Below are positions 1 through 9,638 of a DNA stretch of 64,000 bases, piece after piece. Source of the stretch: a candidate division WWE3 bacterium RAAC2_WWE3_1. Its GTDB lineage: Bacteria; Patescibacteriota; WWE3; UBA101185; UBA10185. Position 1 is the stretch's first letter. Every line of letters starts with the position of its first letter. Location: positions 379,909-443,908 of the forward strand of contig CP006914.1 in assembly GCA_000503835.1 (NCBI GenBank), read 5' to 3'. The position numbers and the translations under genes were made by a program. Under the pieces are notes generated by a model. That model was not told the DNA's origin and did no database searches. It saw nothing but the letters and a program-made list of their open reading frames with translations.

Positions 1-55
1 TACCTACACATAGCCAAAACTTCCCTTTTACCCAAAATAAATTATAGTTAAAAGT

Positions 56-2053
56 ATGAGCAAAGCTAAGCCGTACCTTCTCGCCGCATCACTTAGCCTG
101 ATACTGGTGTTTATTATCTTTCGCATATTTAACATAAACCCACTTTTGCCTCTCAATTACACCGGCGACGCCCTCGTCCATTACAACTTTGCAAAAAATA
201 TCGAAGCCACGGGATGGTGGGCGGTAAATCCGAGGTTCGGCGCACCGGTTGGACAAACACTCTACGATTTTCCACTTACCGAAAACACGCATCTTTTACT
301 CATAAAGCTTCTGATAATGTTGGGGCTTAACTGGTACGAAAGTGTGAATGTGTTTTTCATCCTATCTTTTCCTCTGGTCACCGTAGTTTCATTATTTGTA
401 ATGAAACAGTTCGGGTTAAAAACATATACCGCACTCCCGTTATCCATCGTGTATGCATTTTTACCGTACCACTTTCTACGGGGAGTAAATCACCTTTTTC
501 TCGCGGGTTACTTTGTTGTGCCGTTATCCATTTATTCGGCTTACCGTCTCGCGTCCAGCAATCCTATAAAACTAGCAGGAACTATCCTGCTCACACTGCT
601 AATTGCATCAAATGGCGCCTACTATACATTTCTTTCTCTCTTTTTTATAGTTTTGGGCGGTCTGTTCGGTTTATCAAAAGCGTGGAACAAAAAACTTCTG
701 TTTAACTTGATTGGATTCCTGGCAATAACCTCTTTTTTCTTTTTTATAAACTATCTTCCGACTCTATTGTACACACAAAAATACGGAATAAATTTGAACA
801 CTACTGTCAGACAGGCAAGCGATACCGAGGTGTTCGGGTTAAAGATTGCTCAGCTTGTCCTTCCCTTTGAAGATCACAACTTGAGCATTTTTAACAAGAT
901 ACAAAAACGTTATATGAACTACGGTTCGTCGGTAACAAATGAAAATCAGGATGCGGCCTTGGGTGTAACTGCCACGCTCGGTTTTATTTTTCTGATATTT
1001 TGGACCATTTTCAAACACCGACCGTTCAAATTAGAAGAAAATTCGGAGATGAAGCTGGACATACTGGGAGTTTTTAATCTAGCTTCTCTATTGTTCGCGA
1101 CGGTAGGCGGATTTGCCGTAATTTTGTCTACTTATATAAATCCGACTTTCAGATCTATGAATAGAATGAGCGTTTTTATTGCCTTTGTTTCACTTGTCGC
1201 CGTAGGTCTACTGATGCAACTCATTAAGTCACAAAAACTTGCGGTGTGGGCCTCTCTGCTAATTTTTCCGCTCGCACTTTTTGACCAGATTTCTCTTGGC
1301 GTAATGCAAAATTTTATCCGTGAACCTGCTGAATACCGCATGTTAGTAAAATACGCGGGTGAGATAAAAAGTAGGGTAGGGCAGAACGCAAAAATATACA
1401 CACTGCCGCTCGGACAATATCCTGAGGGCGGGGATAAAAAATTAATGCGCGTCGCCCTCCTCACCAACGGAATAGTATGGAGCACGGGAGCGGAAAAAAT
1501 GCGAGCGGGAAATTTTTGGCAGGAGCGTGTCGACCGACTTGAAATGAAACCTTTTCTGCGAAAAATTATCAGTGAAGGGTTTACCGGTTTACTGGTCAAC
1601 GTAAAGGAAATGAATCCAACAAAACTTGCGGAAATAGAAAAGGAACTTACCATAAAACCATTGCAGGACCAAAAAGGAGAGTATAGCTTTTACAATCTGA
1701 GAGCCTACGCCGTCTCTAATAAAATATCTTATGCACCTACAACTGTCTTTTATTATGTAGCCGGAAATTGTCTTTATGACACGGTGTCACTTTTTTATTG
1801 TGTGGACAAAGGAAGAGTTGAGTTTGAAAACATATCCGGCAATGAACAGGTCAGGATATTGAATCTGACATTAGAATTTCCTAAAGAAGAGGTAAAAAAG
1901 ATTAGCGAAAAAATAACGGTTCCGGCCGGCAAATCGCACTACTCTATAACCAAGGGCGCCGGAGATAGTGTTTTTCCGATTCCGACCGGTGTTGTATGGC
2001 CGATAAATATCGGCTACCCTAATTTTGTTATCCGGGAAATTGAATTGAAGTAA
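56..2053 (+). CDS. Polytopic membrane protein, probable GT-C/YfhO-like glycan-modifying transferase
   Basis: 665 aa with about 11-12 hydrophobic segments, a GD motif after the first TM (YTGDALVHY) and a C-terminal extracytoplasmic domain; sits next to a methyltransferase. Confidence 0.5.
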   Translation: MSKAKPYLLAASLSLILVFIIFRIFNINPLLPLNYTGDALVHYNFAKNIEATGWWAVNPRFGAPVGQTLYDFPLTENTHLLLIKLLIMLGLNWYESVNVFFILSFPLVTVVSLFVMKQFGLKTYTALPLSIVYAFLPYHFLRGVNHLFLAGYFVVPLSIYSAYRLASSNPIKLAGTILLTLLIASNGAYYTFLSLFFIVLGGLFGLSKAWNKKLLFNLIGFLAITSFFFFINYLPTLLYTQKYGINLNTTVRQASDTEVFGLKIAQLVLPFEDHNLSIFNKIQKRYMNYGSSVTNENQDAALGVTATLGFIFLIFWTIFKHRPFKLEENSEMKLDILGVFNLASLLFATVGGFAVILSTYINPTFRSMNRMSVFIAFVSLVAVGLLMQLIKSQKLAVWASLLIFPLALFDQISLGVMQNFIREPAEYRMLVKYAGEIKSRVGQNAKIYTLPLGQYPEGGDKKLMRVALLTNGIVWSTGAEKMRAGNFWQERVDRLEMKPFLRKIISEGFTGLLVNVKEMNPTKLAEIEKELTIKPLQDQKGEYSFYNLRAYAVSNKISYAPTTVFYYVAGNCLYDTVSLFYCVDKGRVEFENISGNEQVRILNLTLEFPKEEVKKISEKITVPAGKSHYSITKGAGDSVFPIPTGVVWPINIGYPNFVIREIELK

Positions 2054-2061
2054 TTTAGTCT

Positions 2062-2805
2062 TTAATTCTTCCTGGCAACTACATTTAGGGTAACACCGAA
2101 CGGTATGTGTGTTTTGAGCAGAATGCGGGTTTCAATCTTCAGCAGGGCGACAAAAAAATCGTTCAATTTTTTGGGTAACAACACATATGAAGTCTTGGGA
2201 TACGCAGACTTACCAAAAATATTTCCCCACATTCTGTACAGAATAATTAACGGGGAAATCACAGTAACAAAGTAGGAGTTAGAAACTATCTCAAAACCTG
2301 CGTCACTTAACTTTTTCGTTAACTCCACACGGTGGTAGCGGCGTTTATGTTCAAGCGCCTCATCATGCTCACTCCACAAGAATTTATGCGCCGGTACGTT
2401 TACAAAAAAGAGACCATCATCCGTTAGCATCTTGCGGATTTTTTGCATAACCAGTACGTCGTCCTGCACGTGTTCCAAAACATCCAGTGCAAGTATTAAA
2501 TTAAATTTTCGGGCGTACTGTTTTTCTTCAAGTTTAGAAACATCCTGAACGAAAACATTACCCAAGCCTTTGCTTTTGCAAAACGCGATTGCGTCCGATG
2601 ACACATCAAAACCTGTAACAGCCCCGAATTCTGTTAAGGCCCGCGCAAGCGCACCGGTGCCGCACCCGACATCAAGAATACTGAGATTTCTCTTGTCACC
2701 GAAATGCCGTTCGACCAGTGCCTTAACAAGGTGCCTTTTACCTATATGCCACCAGTACTCGTTTTCCATATCCGCCATTTTCTCGATCTCTGTAGAAGTC
2801 ACCAT
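2062..2805 (-). CDS. Class I SAM-dependent methyltransferase
   Basis: ILDVGCGTG motif I and LDVLEHV motif. Confidence 0.9.
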   Translation of the reverse strand: MVTSTEIEKMADMENEYWWHIGKRHLVKALVERHFGDKRNLSILDVGCGTGALARALTEFGAVTGFDVSSDAIAFCKSKGLGNVFVQDVSKLEEKQYARKFNLILALDVLEHVQDDVLVMQKIRKMLTDDGLFFVNVPAHKFLWSEHDEALEHKRRYHRVELTKKLSDAGFEIVSNSYFVTVISPLIILYRMWGNIFGKSAYPKTSYVLLPKKLNDFFVALLKIETRILLKTHIPFGVTLNVVARKN

Positions 2806-2892
2806 TCCATTTTCTCACATAAAAAATATATTTAAAGACGGTTCTGCGGCCATTGAGACCTCGATCTTACAATAACTGATACAATGTAGGCT

Positions 2893-3588
2893 ATGGAACT
2901 CAGAATAAACAAATACATGGCACTCTGCGGATTGGCATCACGCAGAAAAAGCGACGAGATACTTCTGAGCGGAGGGGTGCGGATAAACGGTCGTCCTGCA
3001 AAACCCGGGGATATCGTCAACACCGAAAAAGACACCGTTACTTACAAAGACATGCAATTGACCCCCGACAATAAGCTCGAATATTACGCTGTAAACAAGC
3101 CACTCGGTGTCATATCCTCAGCTAAAGATGAGTTCGGCAGGAAAAATGTCGTGGATATGGTCAAAACTGACCACAGACTTTTCCCTATAGGAAGATTGGA
3201 CCGAAATAGCACCGGACTTATCATACTAACTAACGACGGAGATCTTGCCCTTAAACTTACGCACCCCAGATATCATCTGCCAAAGGTTTACGAAGTTACA
3301 ACCGAAGAACCGGTTTCCGACGAACAGCTGGAAAAACTATCATCGGGAGTTTCCGTTTACCACGAAAAAACAATGCCTGCTGAAACCGAGCGTCTGGATT
3401 ATAACTTTTTCAAAATCACAATTTTTCAGGGTTTGAAGAGACAGATAAGGGAGATGTGTAAAAGTATAGGTCTTACAGTGCAGACACTTAACAGAACCGA
3501 AATCGGCCCGATAAAACTGGGAAATCTAAAAACCGGTTCATCCAGACCACTTTCCAAAGAGGAAGTAACGATGTTGAAATCCGACTAA
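2893..3588 (+). CDS. rluB: rRNA pseudouridine synthase, RsuA/RluB family
   Basis: N-terminal S4 domain (RINKYMA..G..SRR), catalytic GRLD, LTNDG, HP motifs; exact paralog assignment uncertain. Confidence 0.85.
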   Translation: MELRINKYMALCGLASRRKSDEILLSGGVRINGRPAKPGDIVNTEKDTVTYKDMQLTPDNKLEYYAVNKPLGVISSAKDEFGRKNVVDMVKTDHRLFPIGRLDRNSTGLIILTNDGDLALKLTHPRYHLPKVYEVTTEEPVSDEQLEKLSSGVSVYHEKTMPAETERLDYNFFKITIFQGLKRQIREMCKSIGLTVQTLNRTEIGPIKLGNLKTGSSRPLSKEEVTMLKSD

Positions 3589-3642
3589 ACGTTCGGGAGT
3601 TGTTCATTAGCCAAACCGTCTTTCATTTTATATACTCATCAA

Positions 3643-4659
3643 GTGAAAAAGATATTTTTTATAACTATGGGGGCACTTTTGCTTGTTCTGGCTCCCATTT
3701 ATCTTTATATCAGGGTTTTTTCAAAAGAGAGCACGACACCCGCACAGCAACCTGAACAAAATGCAACTAAAGACAAAGAGTACATTTTTGAGGAACTTGG
3801 AATTTCTTTGGTCGTTCCGGAAGATCTGCACGTCATAAAATCTCCCGGTTTTAACGCAAGCACCGGAAAATTAGAATCTTACACTTTTTACATTCAAAAT
3901 TACGGAGACGAGAGCGGACCTGCGACAGGAGACTTTCAAATATACGGGCTATATCAACCTTCTCTGCCGGAAATTACTCCGGAAGATATTGCCGCAATAA
4001 AAGATGATGCCGAGAACTACGTCAATGTTAAGGAATTTTCGACAGGTGCGATACAGGGATACGAGGCCCGACAAAAAGGCGAACGTGCCAACTACGTTTA
4101 TTTCTTTCTTCTCAACGAGCGTATTTTGAAAATTGCCGTTTCTCAAGGAACCGAGATAAATAAGGCGGCGGCGGAAAAAATTTTAAAAACGCTCAAAGTC
4201 ATTGAAAAAATACAGACAATAGATGATACCGAAGCAACCGCGCCGGGGATGAGAAAGGAATATAATTTTTCCTACCCAAAAGGGTGGAAAGTGGCAAAAG
4301 TTAACAACGCCACCAGCGTAACCAGCCCCGATTATAAAATGTCAGGGGACGATACTGTTCTGGAGACAGGTATAGAACTGGCAGTTTATAAAAAGAGGGC
4401 CGATAGCGCTACCATCAACGAGGAATTGGCACTAAACCCGGTTACATTACAGATACCGAACAAAACTGACGCTGTTGTTGCGGGACAAAACGCAATAAGA
4501 TACGAGTACAGTTACGAAGGTGTAAATGCCATAATGACCGAATTTATTAAAGACGGCATGAGATATTCATTGAGATACAGGTTTACCGCTGAAGACAGCA
4601 AAAATATTTACATGGGTATTTACGAGGAAATGTTAAGGACTTTCGAATTTGTAAATTAG
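3643..4659 (+). CDS. Membrane-anchored exported hypothetical protein, possibly two PsbP-like domains
   Basis: N-terminal TM; the two halves begin ISLVVPEDL and FSYPKGWKV and end in similar amphipathic helices (KILKTL / EMLRTF). Confidence 0.5.
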   Translation: MKKIFFITMGALLLVLAPIYLYIRVFSKESTTPAQQPEQNATKDKEYIFEELGISLVVPEDLHVIKSPGFNASTGKLESYTFYIQNYGDESGPATGDFQIYGLYQPSLPEITPEDIAAIKDDAENYVNVKEFSTGAIQGYEARQKGERANYVYFFLLNERILKIAVSQGTEINKAAAEKILKTLKVIEKIQTIDDTEATAPGMRKEYNFSYPKGWKVAKVNNATSVTSPDYKMSGDDTVLETGIELAVYKKRADSATINEELALNPVTLQIPNKTDAVVAGQNAIRYEYSYEGVNAIMTEFIKDGMRYSLRYRFTAEDSKNIYMGIYEEMLRTFEFVN

Positions 4660-4763
4660 CATCGAGGAAAGCATTTTTAAGCCCTTCGGCATAGATTACT
4701 TTTTCGCAAAAATTAAAGATCCGATTCGGATAGAAATTCTGCAAAAATGATAAACTATATACC

Positions 4764-5945
4764 GTGACGATAACACAGACAGCAAGAACAGCTTTCCTGT
4801 CACTTCAAAAAAATAAACTCAGGAGCTTTCTGACCATGCTCGGTGTGATAATAGGCGTTTTTGCCGTAGCATCGCTGGTTTCGATAGTGAGAGGCTTCCA
4901 GAATTATGTAAAAAGCGAGTTTGATGCGTTAGGTTCCAATCTTATTTTCATAATGCCCGGAAAAATAGACTTTACCGGAGATCCTTCAAGGAATTTTACC
5001 GGGAACAAGCTCAAATACAACCATGTAGAAAGAATTCAGACGGATCTCGGAAACAAAATCAGCTCCATTTCGCCGTGGTACGAGCTCTCAAAAAATTTTA
5101 TTTATAAAACTAAATCATTTTACGGAGCGATTGGAGGAATAAACGATAGTGTTCTCAAGTTGTTTAACCTTAATGTGGCAAACGGGCGTTTTTTCACAAA
5201 AGCTGAGATGGACGCCAAAGCGAAAGTAGCGGTAATAGGATCAAAAGTTCTGGAGGAATTGTTCAATTCACGCAACCCCATCGGAGAAAAAATACAAATC
5301 GACGGAACATCGTATTTGATTTTAGGTGTGCTGGAAGAAAAGAGTCCTAATTACGATAATATTGTTTACATCCCATACACCACGGTTGAGTCCGAATTCA
5401 ACATTAAAAATATCGGCTCCATAGTTATAAAAGTCGGTAGCGGGGAGGATATAAACAGTGTAAAGAATGAGATCAGGCTCTCACTCTTGAAAGAACTAAA
5501 AGACGAAGAATTCTCGGTCTCAACACAGGAGGATCTTTTACAGAGAATAAACGATATTTTAAAGATAATAGAGAGCGGACTGACGGCAATTGCTGCTATC
5601 TCACTGCTTGTGGGCGGTATAGGGATTATGAACATCATGCTCGTCTCCGTTACCGAGAGAACCCGCGAAATAGGCCTTATCAAAGCATTGGGGGCGACCG
5701 GCAGGGACATAGCCCTCCAATTCCTATCCGAATCCGTATTTATAAGTTTCACCGGCGGATTAATAGGATTAGCGGCCGCGTGGATTGCCACACTTGTTGC
5801 AAAAACGTGGATACCTGCGGAGATACCTTTATGGGCAGTTGTGGTATCTTTGGGTTTTTCACTTCTTGTCGGAATCGGCTTCGGAACTTATCCTGCAATT
5901 AAGGCCGGAAAAAAGGACCCGATAGTTGCCCTTAGATATGAATAA
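4764..5945 (+). CDS. MacB/FtsX-family ABC transporter permease
   Basis: RSFLTMLGVIIGV, GGIGIMNIMLVSVTERTREIG and DPIVALRYE motifs; no ATPase gene adjacent. Confidence 0.92.
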   Translation: MTITQTARTAFLSLQKNKLRSFLTMLGVIIGVFAVASLVSIVRGFQNYVKSEFDALGSNLIFIMPGKIDFTGDPSRNFTGNKLKYNHVERIQTDLGNKISSISPWYELSKNFIYKTKSFYGAIGGINDSVLKLFNLNVANGRFFTKAEMDAKAKVAVIGSKVLEELFNSRNPIGEKIQIDGTSYLILGVLEEKSPNYDNIVYIPYTTVESEFNIKNIGSIVIKVGSGEDINSVKNEIRLSLLKELKDEEFSVSTQEDLLQRINDILKIIESGLTAIAAISLLVGGIGIMNIMLVSVTERTREIGLIKALGATGRDIALQFLSESVFISFTGGLIGLAAAWIATLVAKTWIPAEIPLWAVVVSLGFSLLVGIGFGTYPAIKAGKKDPIVALRYE

Positions 5946-7227
5946 AAATCTACAAAGCAAAATAATTGAAACTTTAGGCAACGGTCAGGTGGCTTTTTTC
6001 AAATCCGACACGATTTACGGATTACACGCAAAAGCGGACAACCAAAAAGCCGTAGAAAAGATCAATCAGCTAAAAGGGCGGGACATTAATAAACCCTTTA
6101 TTATACTAATCGGGAACATCGGGCAATTGGAAATATTCGGTGTTTCAATAAATAAAAATACCCGAAAATTAATTAAAAAACATTGGCCGGGGAAATTAAC
6201 ACTCGTGCTCAAAGCAAATTTAACCGAAACACTGAAATACTTAGGCCGGGGAGGCGAGACTCTCGCGTTCAGAATGCCTAAGGACAAAGATATTCAGAAC
6301 ATCATAAAGAGCACAGGACCGATAATAAGCACCTCCGCGAACCCTTCGGGAGAAGAACCCGCATCCACGGTAGAGGAAGCAAAAAAATATTTTGGGGACG
6401 GGGTAGATTTATACATTGATTCGGGAAATGTTGAAACCGGGCCTTCTACAGTAATAGATGCTACCGGAGAAGACATTAGGATTTTACGGGAAGGAGAAGT
6501 AAAGCTGTCGCCTATGCCCGCGAACAGCTATAATTCGGCTATGGGCAATAAGATTAATTACGCGGTTGCCACACTAATATTTTTAGCTATAGCTACCGGC
6601 GTTTGGCTTAACATTAAGGAACAAAAAAGCATCGACCATTCGAAATTGCCGGAAAAGGTCGAGCAAAGCAACGGGTTCCAAAGGTGGATCACAAATCTCA
6701 AGAACAAAGATATGGTAATAGAAGCTGACGAATTTACACTCAAAGAAGAGAATGAAATTTACAACACAAAATGGATGAAAGTTTACTCGATAGAAGAAGA
6801 GGGAATGAGAGAAAAATATAATGGGACAATTGAAAGTTTGCGCGGTGTAAAAAAAGTTGTTTTTTCCCCCAGCGAAAGAGAATTAATTGACTACCGCCCG
6901 GAATACAGAGACGGTTACGCACCGAACGAAGTTCATTTTTACGGATTGAAAGAGGATAAGATTATCGATGCGAGAATTTTGGACTGTTCCGCACATGCGA
7001 ATTGTTATTTCGACCGGGCATATTTTTTGGATAATGATGTTTTTGTTATTTCGGAATTTTCAAGAACGATTGATAAGAAGGATGAGGTCTCTGCTGTGTG
7101 CTCGGTGGAGGAAACGTGCGAGTATTCCGTAAAGGTTCACGTTATAGATTTAATAAACAATAAACGCCTGGTTTACGAATCCCGTCCTTTTCAGGCTGTT
7201 ATGACAGAATTGTTGCCGGAGTTGTGA
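5938..7227 (+). CDS. tsaC: Threonylcarbamoyl-AMP synthase (TsaC/Sua5-YrdC domain), continuing in frame into a membrane-anchored hypothetical domain
   Basis: DTIYGL, KGR..NKP, WPGKLT, STSANPSG and PSTVID motifs in the first ~195 aa; ATG 5938 preferred over TTG 5926; second module starts at ATG 6541. Confidence 0.85.
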   Translation: MNKNLQSKIIETLGNGQVAFFKSDTIYGLHAKADNQKAVEKINQLKGRDINKPFIILIGNIGQLEIFGVSINKNTRKLIKKHWPGKLTLVLKANLTETLKYLGRGGETLAFRMPKDKDIQNIIKSTGPIISTSANPSGEEPASTVEEAKKYFGDGVDLYIDSGNVETGPSTVIDATGEDIRILREGEVKLSPMPANSYNSAMGNKINYAVATLIFLAIATGVWLNIKEQKSIDHSKLPEKVEQSNGFQRWITNLKNKDMVIEADEFTLKEENEIYNTKWMKVYSIEEEGMREKYNGTIESLRGVKKVVFSPSERELIDYRPEYRDGYAPNEVHFYGLKEDKIIDARILDCSAHANCYFDRAYFLDNDVFVISEFSRTIDKKDEVSAVCSVEETCEYSVKVHVIDLINNKRLVYESRPFQAVMTELLPEL

Positions 7228-7295
7228 GAGGGTAGGGGATAGGGTAAGATTCTCGCGGATATGTGCTTTTTCACGCCCTTGTCGCTTTCGTTCCT

Positions 7296-7372
7296 CGGGG
7301 TGTAGCTCAGTTGGCTAGAGTGCACGGTTTGGGACCGTGAGGCCGCAGGTTCGAGTCCTGTCACCCCGACCA
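7296..7372 (+). tRNA. tRNA-Pro(TGG)
   Basis: CGGGGTG/CACCCCG acceptor stem, anticodon arm CACGG-TT-TGG-GA-CCGTG, GGTTCGAGTCC T-arm, encoded CCA. Confidence 0.97.
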
Positions 7373-7502
7373 TTTTAAAAACCAATGACGCAAGTCATCG
7401 CTTAGAGACGTGGTTACACCAACTTCAACTAGCTCTTCCAATTCGAGTGGTACAAAAGAGGTATTAACAAATTCCTGATTATTAAATTCATATGGAGGTT
7501 AA

Positions 7503-7874
7503 ATGAAACCACAGAAAATATCCAACGGATTTTTAAGATTCCTGGTAGTGGTATTATCCCTAGTACTTTATTTCTTAAAGGTATCTCTTTCTGGTGCTTA
7601 CGCAGAAGAAATAGGGGCATTGCTCTTTGGGATATTGCTGTGTGGAGTAATTATATACTACCCAATAAGTTACAGATCAAAAGAAACTCCAAAAGAGACG
7701 CGGGTAAATAGACAGCTTAAAACCATGGTTTATGCTTCAGTGATATCCGTTGTCGACTTGTTTGTAGAAGGGAGCTACATAATACTCGGAATCATCGGGG
7801 TGATCTTACTCTACGTCAACATCCAGAAACAGAAACGGGAATTCGTAAATACAAATCCGATAAATAACAATTAG
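7503..7874 (+). CDS. Small hypothetical membrane protein (about 4 TM)
   Basis: GGAGGT SD before ATG; several hydrophobic segments. Confidence 0.7.
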   Translation: MKPQKISNGFLRFLVVVLSLVLYFLKVSLSGAYAEEIGALLFGILLCGVIIYYPISYRSKETPKETRVNRQLKTMVYASVISVVDLFVEGSYIILGIIGVILLYVNIQKQKREFVNTNPINNN

Positions 7875-7951
7875 GTACATTAAAAAGAAAAGACCTGCCT
7901 ACAAGGATTGTGTCCCCATAAACAAGTCTTTCGTTGGTGTGCCCAGCTCGA

Positions 7952-8149
7952 CTAATTCTTACAGTCGGAACACTGGCACTGGCACTCGCAGTCACAGTCG
8001 TAGCAATCGCCGCCGCATTCGCAATCACAGTCTTTTTCGCACTGTTGGCTGCATTGCGTTGCGCAGTCATAATCGCATTCGCAATCCTTGCATTCGGCCT
8101 GGCTTCGGGAGCCCGCAACATGGATACCGAGAGCGCTCAGGGTAGTCAT
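7952..8149 (-). CDS. Cys/acidic-rich RiPP precursor-like peptide (putative radical SAM substrate)
   Basis: AGGAGGT SD, ATGA overlap with the rSAM stop codon; 19-aa Cys-free leader followed by a 46-aa core with 16 Cys. Confidence 0.85.
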   Translation of the reverse strand: MTTLSALGIHVAGSRSQAECKDCECDYDCATQCSQQCEKDCDCECGGDCYDCDCECQCQCSDCKN

Positions 8150-9489
8150 GTCTGCCTTACCTCCTTTCTTCGGATTTTTCTTCCCTCATACACGAGTATA
8201 GCGGGAAGTACGCCTTTCATCAGCTCGCACATAACTGATGGTTCTCCCAATGTGTTTGCGCTTAAAGCAAGCACGGCACATCCACCGCAGCACACATGTC
8301 GCCAAAGGCATTCGCCGCAAACCCCATCTCTACCTAAGGTTTCGACATGAGTTGCAAAAGGCAAGATGCCCCCTCTATCCAAAGCACGCCCCAGAGGCTT
8401 ATCAACGGTCATTTGGCAAAAGCAGACATTAGCTTCTGGGTCAACGGCGAAGTAGTTGCTACCCCCACCACAGATCCTTGTCCTGCTACCGTCAAACTGG
8501 ATACCGTTGAAGCTTAGTCTTGGAAGCTCGTTGTCAGGAAGTAGGCTGACTTGTTCCAAGAATGCAACCATCTTGCTAGTAACGTGGTCTACATTCATGG
8601 TCAAACCCACGCCGTGCTCGTAATCCCGGGACAGGCTTAGACTGAGTGTTAGACCTTTCCCTCTGACATACTGCATTAGCTCCCAAAGCCCGTCTACGTT
8701 CTTATCAGAAATCGTAGTTAGAATGGTTGGTTTAATCCCAGCCAATATCAAAGTTTCGATTCCTTGAAGAACGTGCTCCACACTTGGTCGGCCGTCTGCG
8801 TACTTTCGGGCATCGTTGTAGCTACCAAGCCCATCAAGCGATACCATCACGGAGAAGCCTTTCTCGTTTAGGAAGTGGGCTTTGGCCTCCGTAACCAATG
8901 TACCGTTGGTGATTATCGCCAACCGGACCTTGACACCCAAGGGCTCTAGTTTAGCCTTTGTTTGGTCTACCAAGTAAGCAATTATCTCCGTGTAAATAAG
9001 CGGTTCGCCACCAGCAAATTTCAACTCTACTTCTTTAACCTGTTGGGCCTCTACATCGTTGTGTAAAGCGGTAACGATTGCGTCGCACGCTTCCTTGGTC
9101 AGTCTGCGTTTGCCTTTATGCACATAGCAGTATTCGCACCGCAGATTACAGGCGTCCGTAACATGTATCCAGAGAGCCACGGACTTTGCACGTCTGGCCT
9201 TGGCTTTCTCCTGCTTAGGAACCTTCTTACCAAAAAGCCCCTCTTCCAGGAGAAACTGGATTATGGCGTGTAAAGACTCTTCCCAATCAGTATCATCTCT
9301 TGACTGGAGAATTTCCTGAAGGGTTAAACCGTTTGCCAGTTGTTCGTATACGTACAGAGCCGCGTCTGAAAGTACAAATGCCTTGCCGGAACCGTAAGGA
9401 CTGTAGATCACCGCCTCACCATTTTGTAGGTTTAGCTTAATGTGACCTGACATGTCCAATAACAGTCCCTGATACGTCAGGTCTGTCAT
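8146..9489 (-). CDS. Radical SAM/SPASM peptide maturase with N-terminal PqqD-like RRE
   Basis: CNLRCEYC (CxxxCxxC), GGEP, TNGT and SLDG motifs; SPASM-type CGGG..C.C..CGEC..VCCGGC..C; N-terminal ~85 aa with a beta-strands-then-helices RRE-like pattern ending LLEEGLF; AAGGAG SD. Confidence 0.92.
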   Translation of the reverse strand: MTDLTYQGLLLDMSGHIKLNLQNGEAVIYSPYGSGKAFVLSDAALYVYEQLANGLTLQEILQSRDDTDWEESLHAIIQFLLEEGLFGKKVPKQEKAKARRAKSVALWIHVTDACNLRCEYCYVHKGKRRLTKEACDAIVTALHNDVEAQQVKEVELKFAGGEPLIYTEIIAYLVDQTKAKLEPLGVKVRLAIITNGTLVTEAKAHFLNEKGFSVMVSLDGLGSYNDARKYADGRPSVEHVLQGIETLILAGIKPTILTTISDKNVDGLWELMQYVRGKGLTLSLSLSRDYEHGVGLTMNVDHVTSKMVAFLEQVSLLPDNELPRLSFNGIQFDGSRTRICGGGSNYFAVDPEANVCFCQMTVDKPLGRALDRGGILPFATHVETLGRDGVCGECLWRHVCCGGCAVLALSANTLGEPSVMCELMKGVLPAILVYEGRKIRRKEVRQT

Positions 9490-9529
9490 GATGATCTCTC
9501 CTTTCAGTTGTATTTTGATTGTTGCCGTA

Positions 9530-9598
9530 GTTATAGCATAATTGTCGTATAGAGTAAAACCGAATTACCCACATGACTGCTGATTACTGTAGTATAAT
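9530..9598. promoter_or_regulatory. Divergent promoter region (minus-strand TGcTATAAC toward the rSAM gene; plus-strand TATAAT at 9593-9598)
   Basis: Two oppositely oriented -10-like boxes in the 149-nt gap between the rSAM start and the second precursor. Confidence 0.5.
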
Positions 9599-9638
9599 GA
9601 CCTCAACGATTCATCACTTCAAAGAAAGGAGTAGCACC

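Noticed and set aside
4719-4731. Palindrome ATCCGA-T-TCGGAT upstream of the permease gene
   Set aside because: Single short occurrence with no neighbouring regulator; chance cannot be excluded.
7191-7385. ORFs 7191..7385 (-) and 13886..14092 (-)
   Set aside because: They are antisense translations of tRNA genes (GLEPAAS, REDSNL), not proteins.
7952-8149. Stand-alone metallothionein interpretation
   Set aside because: CxC runs would fit, but the Cys-free leader shared with a second peptide and the coupling to an RRE-bearing rSAM favour a RiPP precursor. Metal binding is not excluded.
7934-8350. Plus-strand ORFs 7934..8350 (Ala/Ile-rich) and 7939..8145 (Arg/Ser-rich)
   Set aside because: They are antisense shadows of the repetitive Cys-peptide codons; the minus-strand frame has the SD, the ATGA coupling and a paralogous leader.
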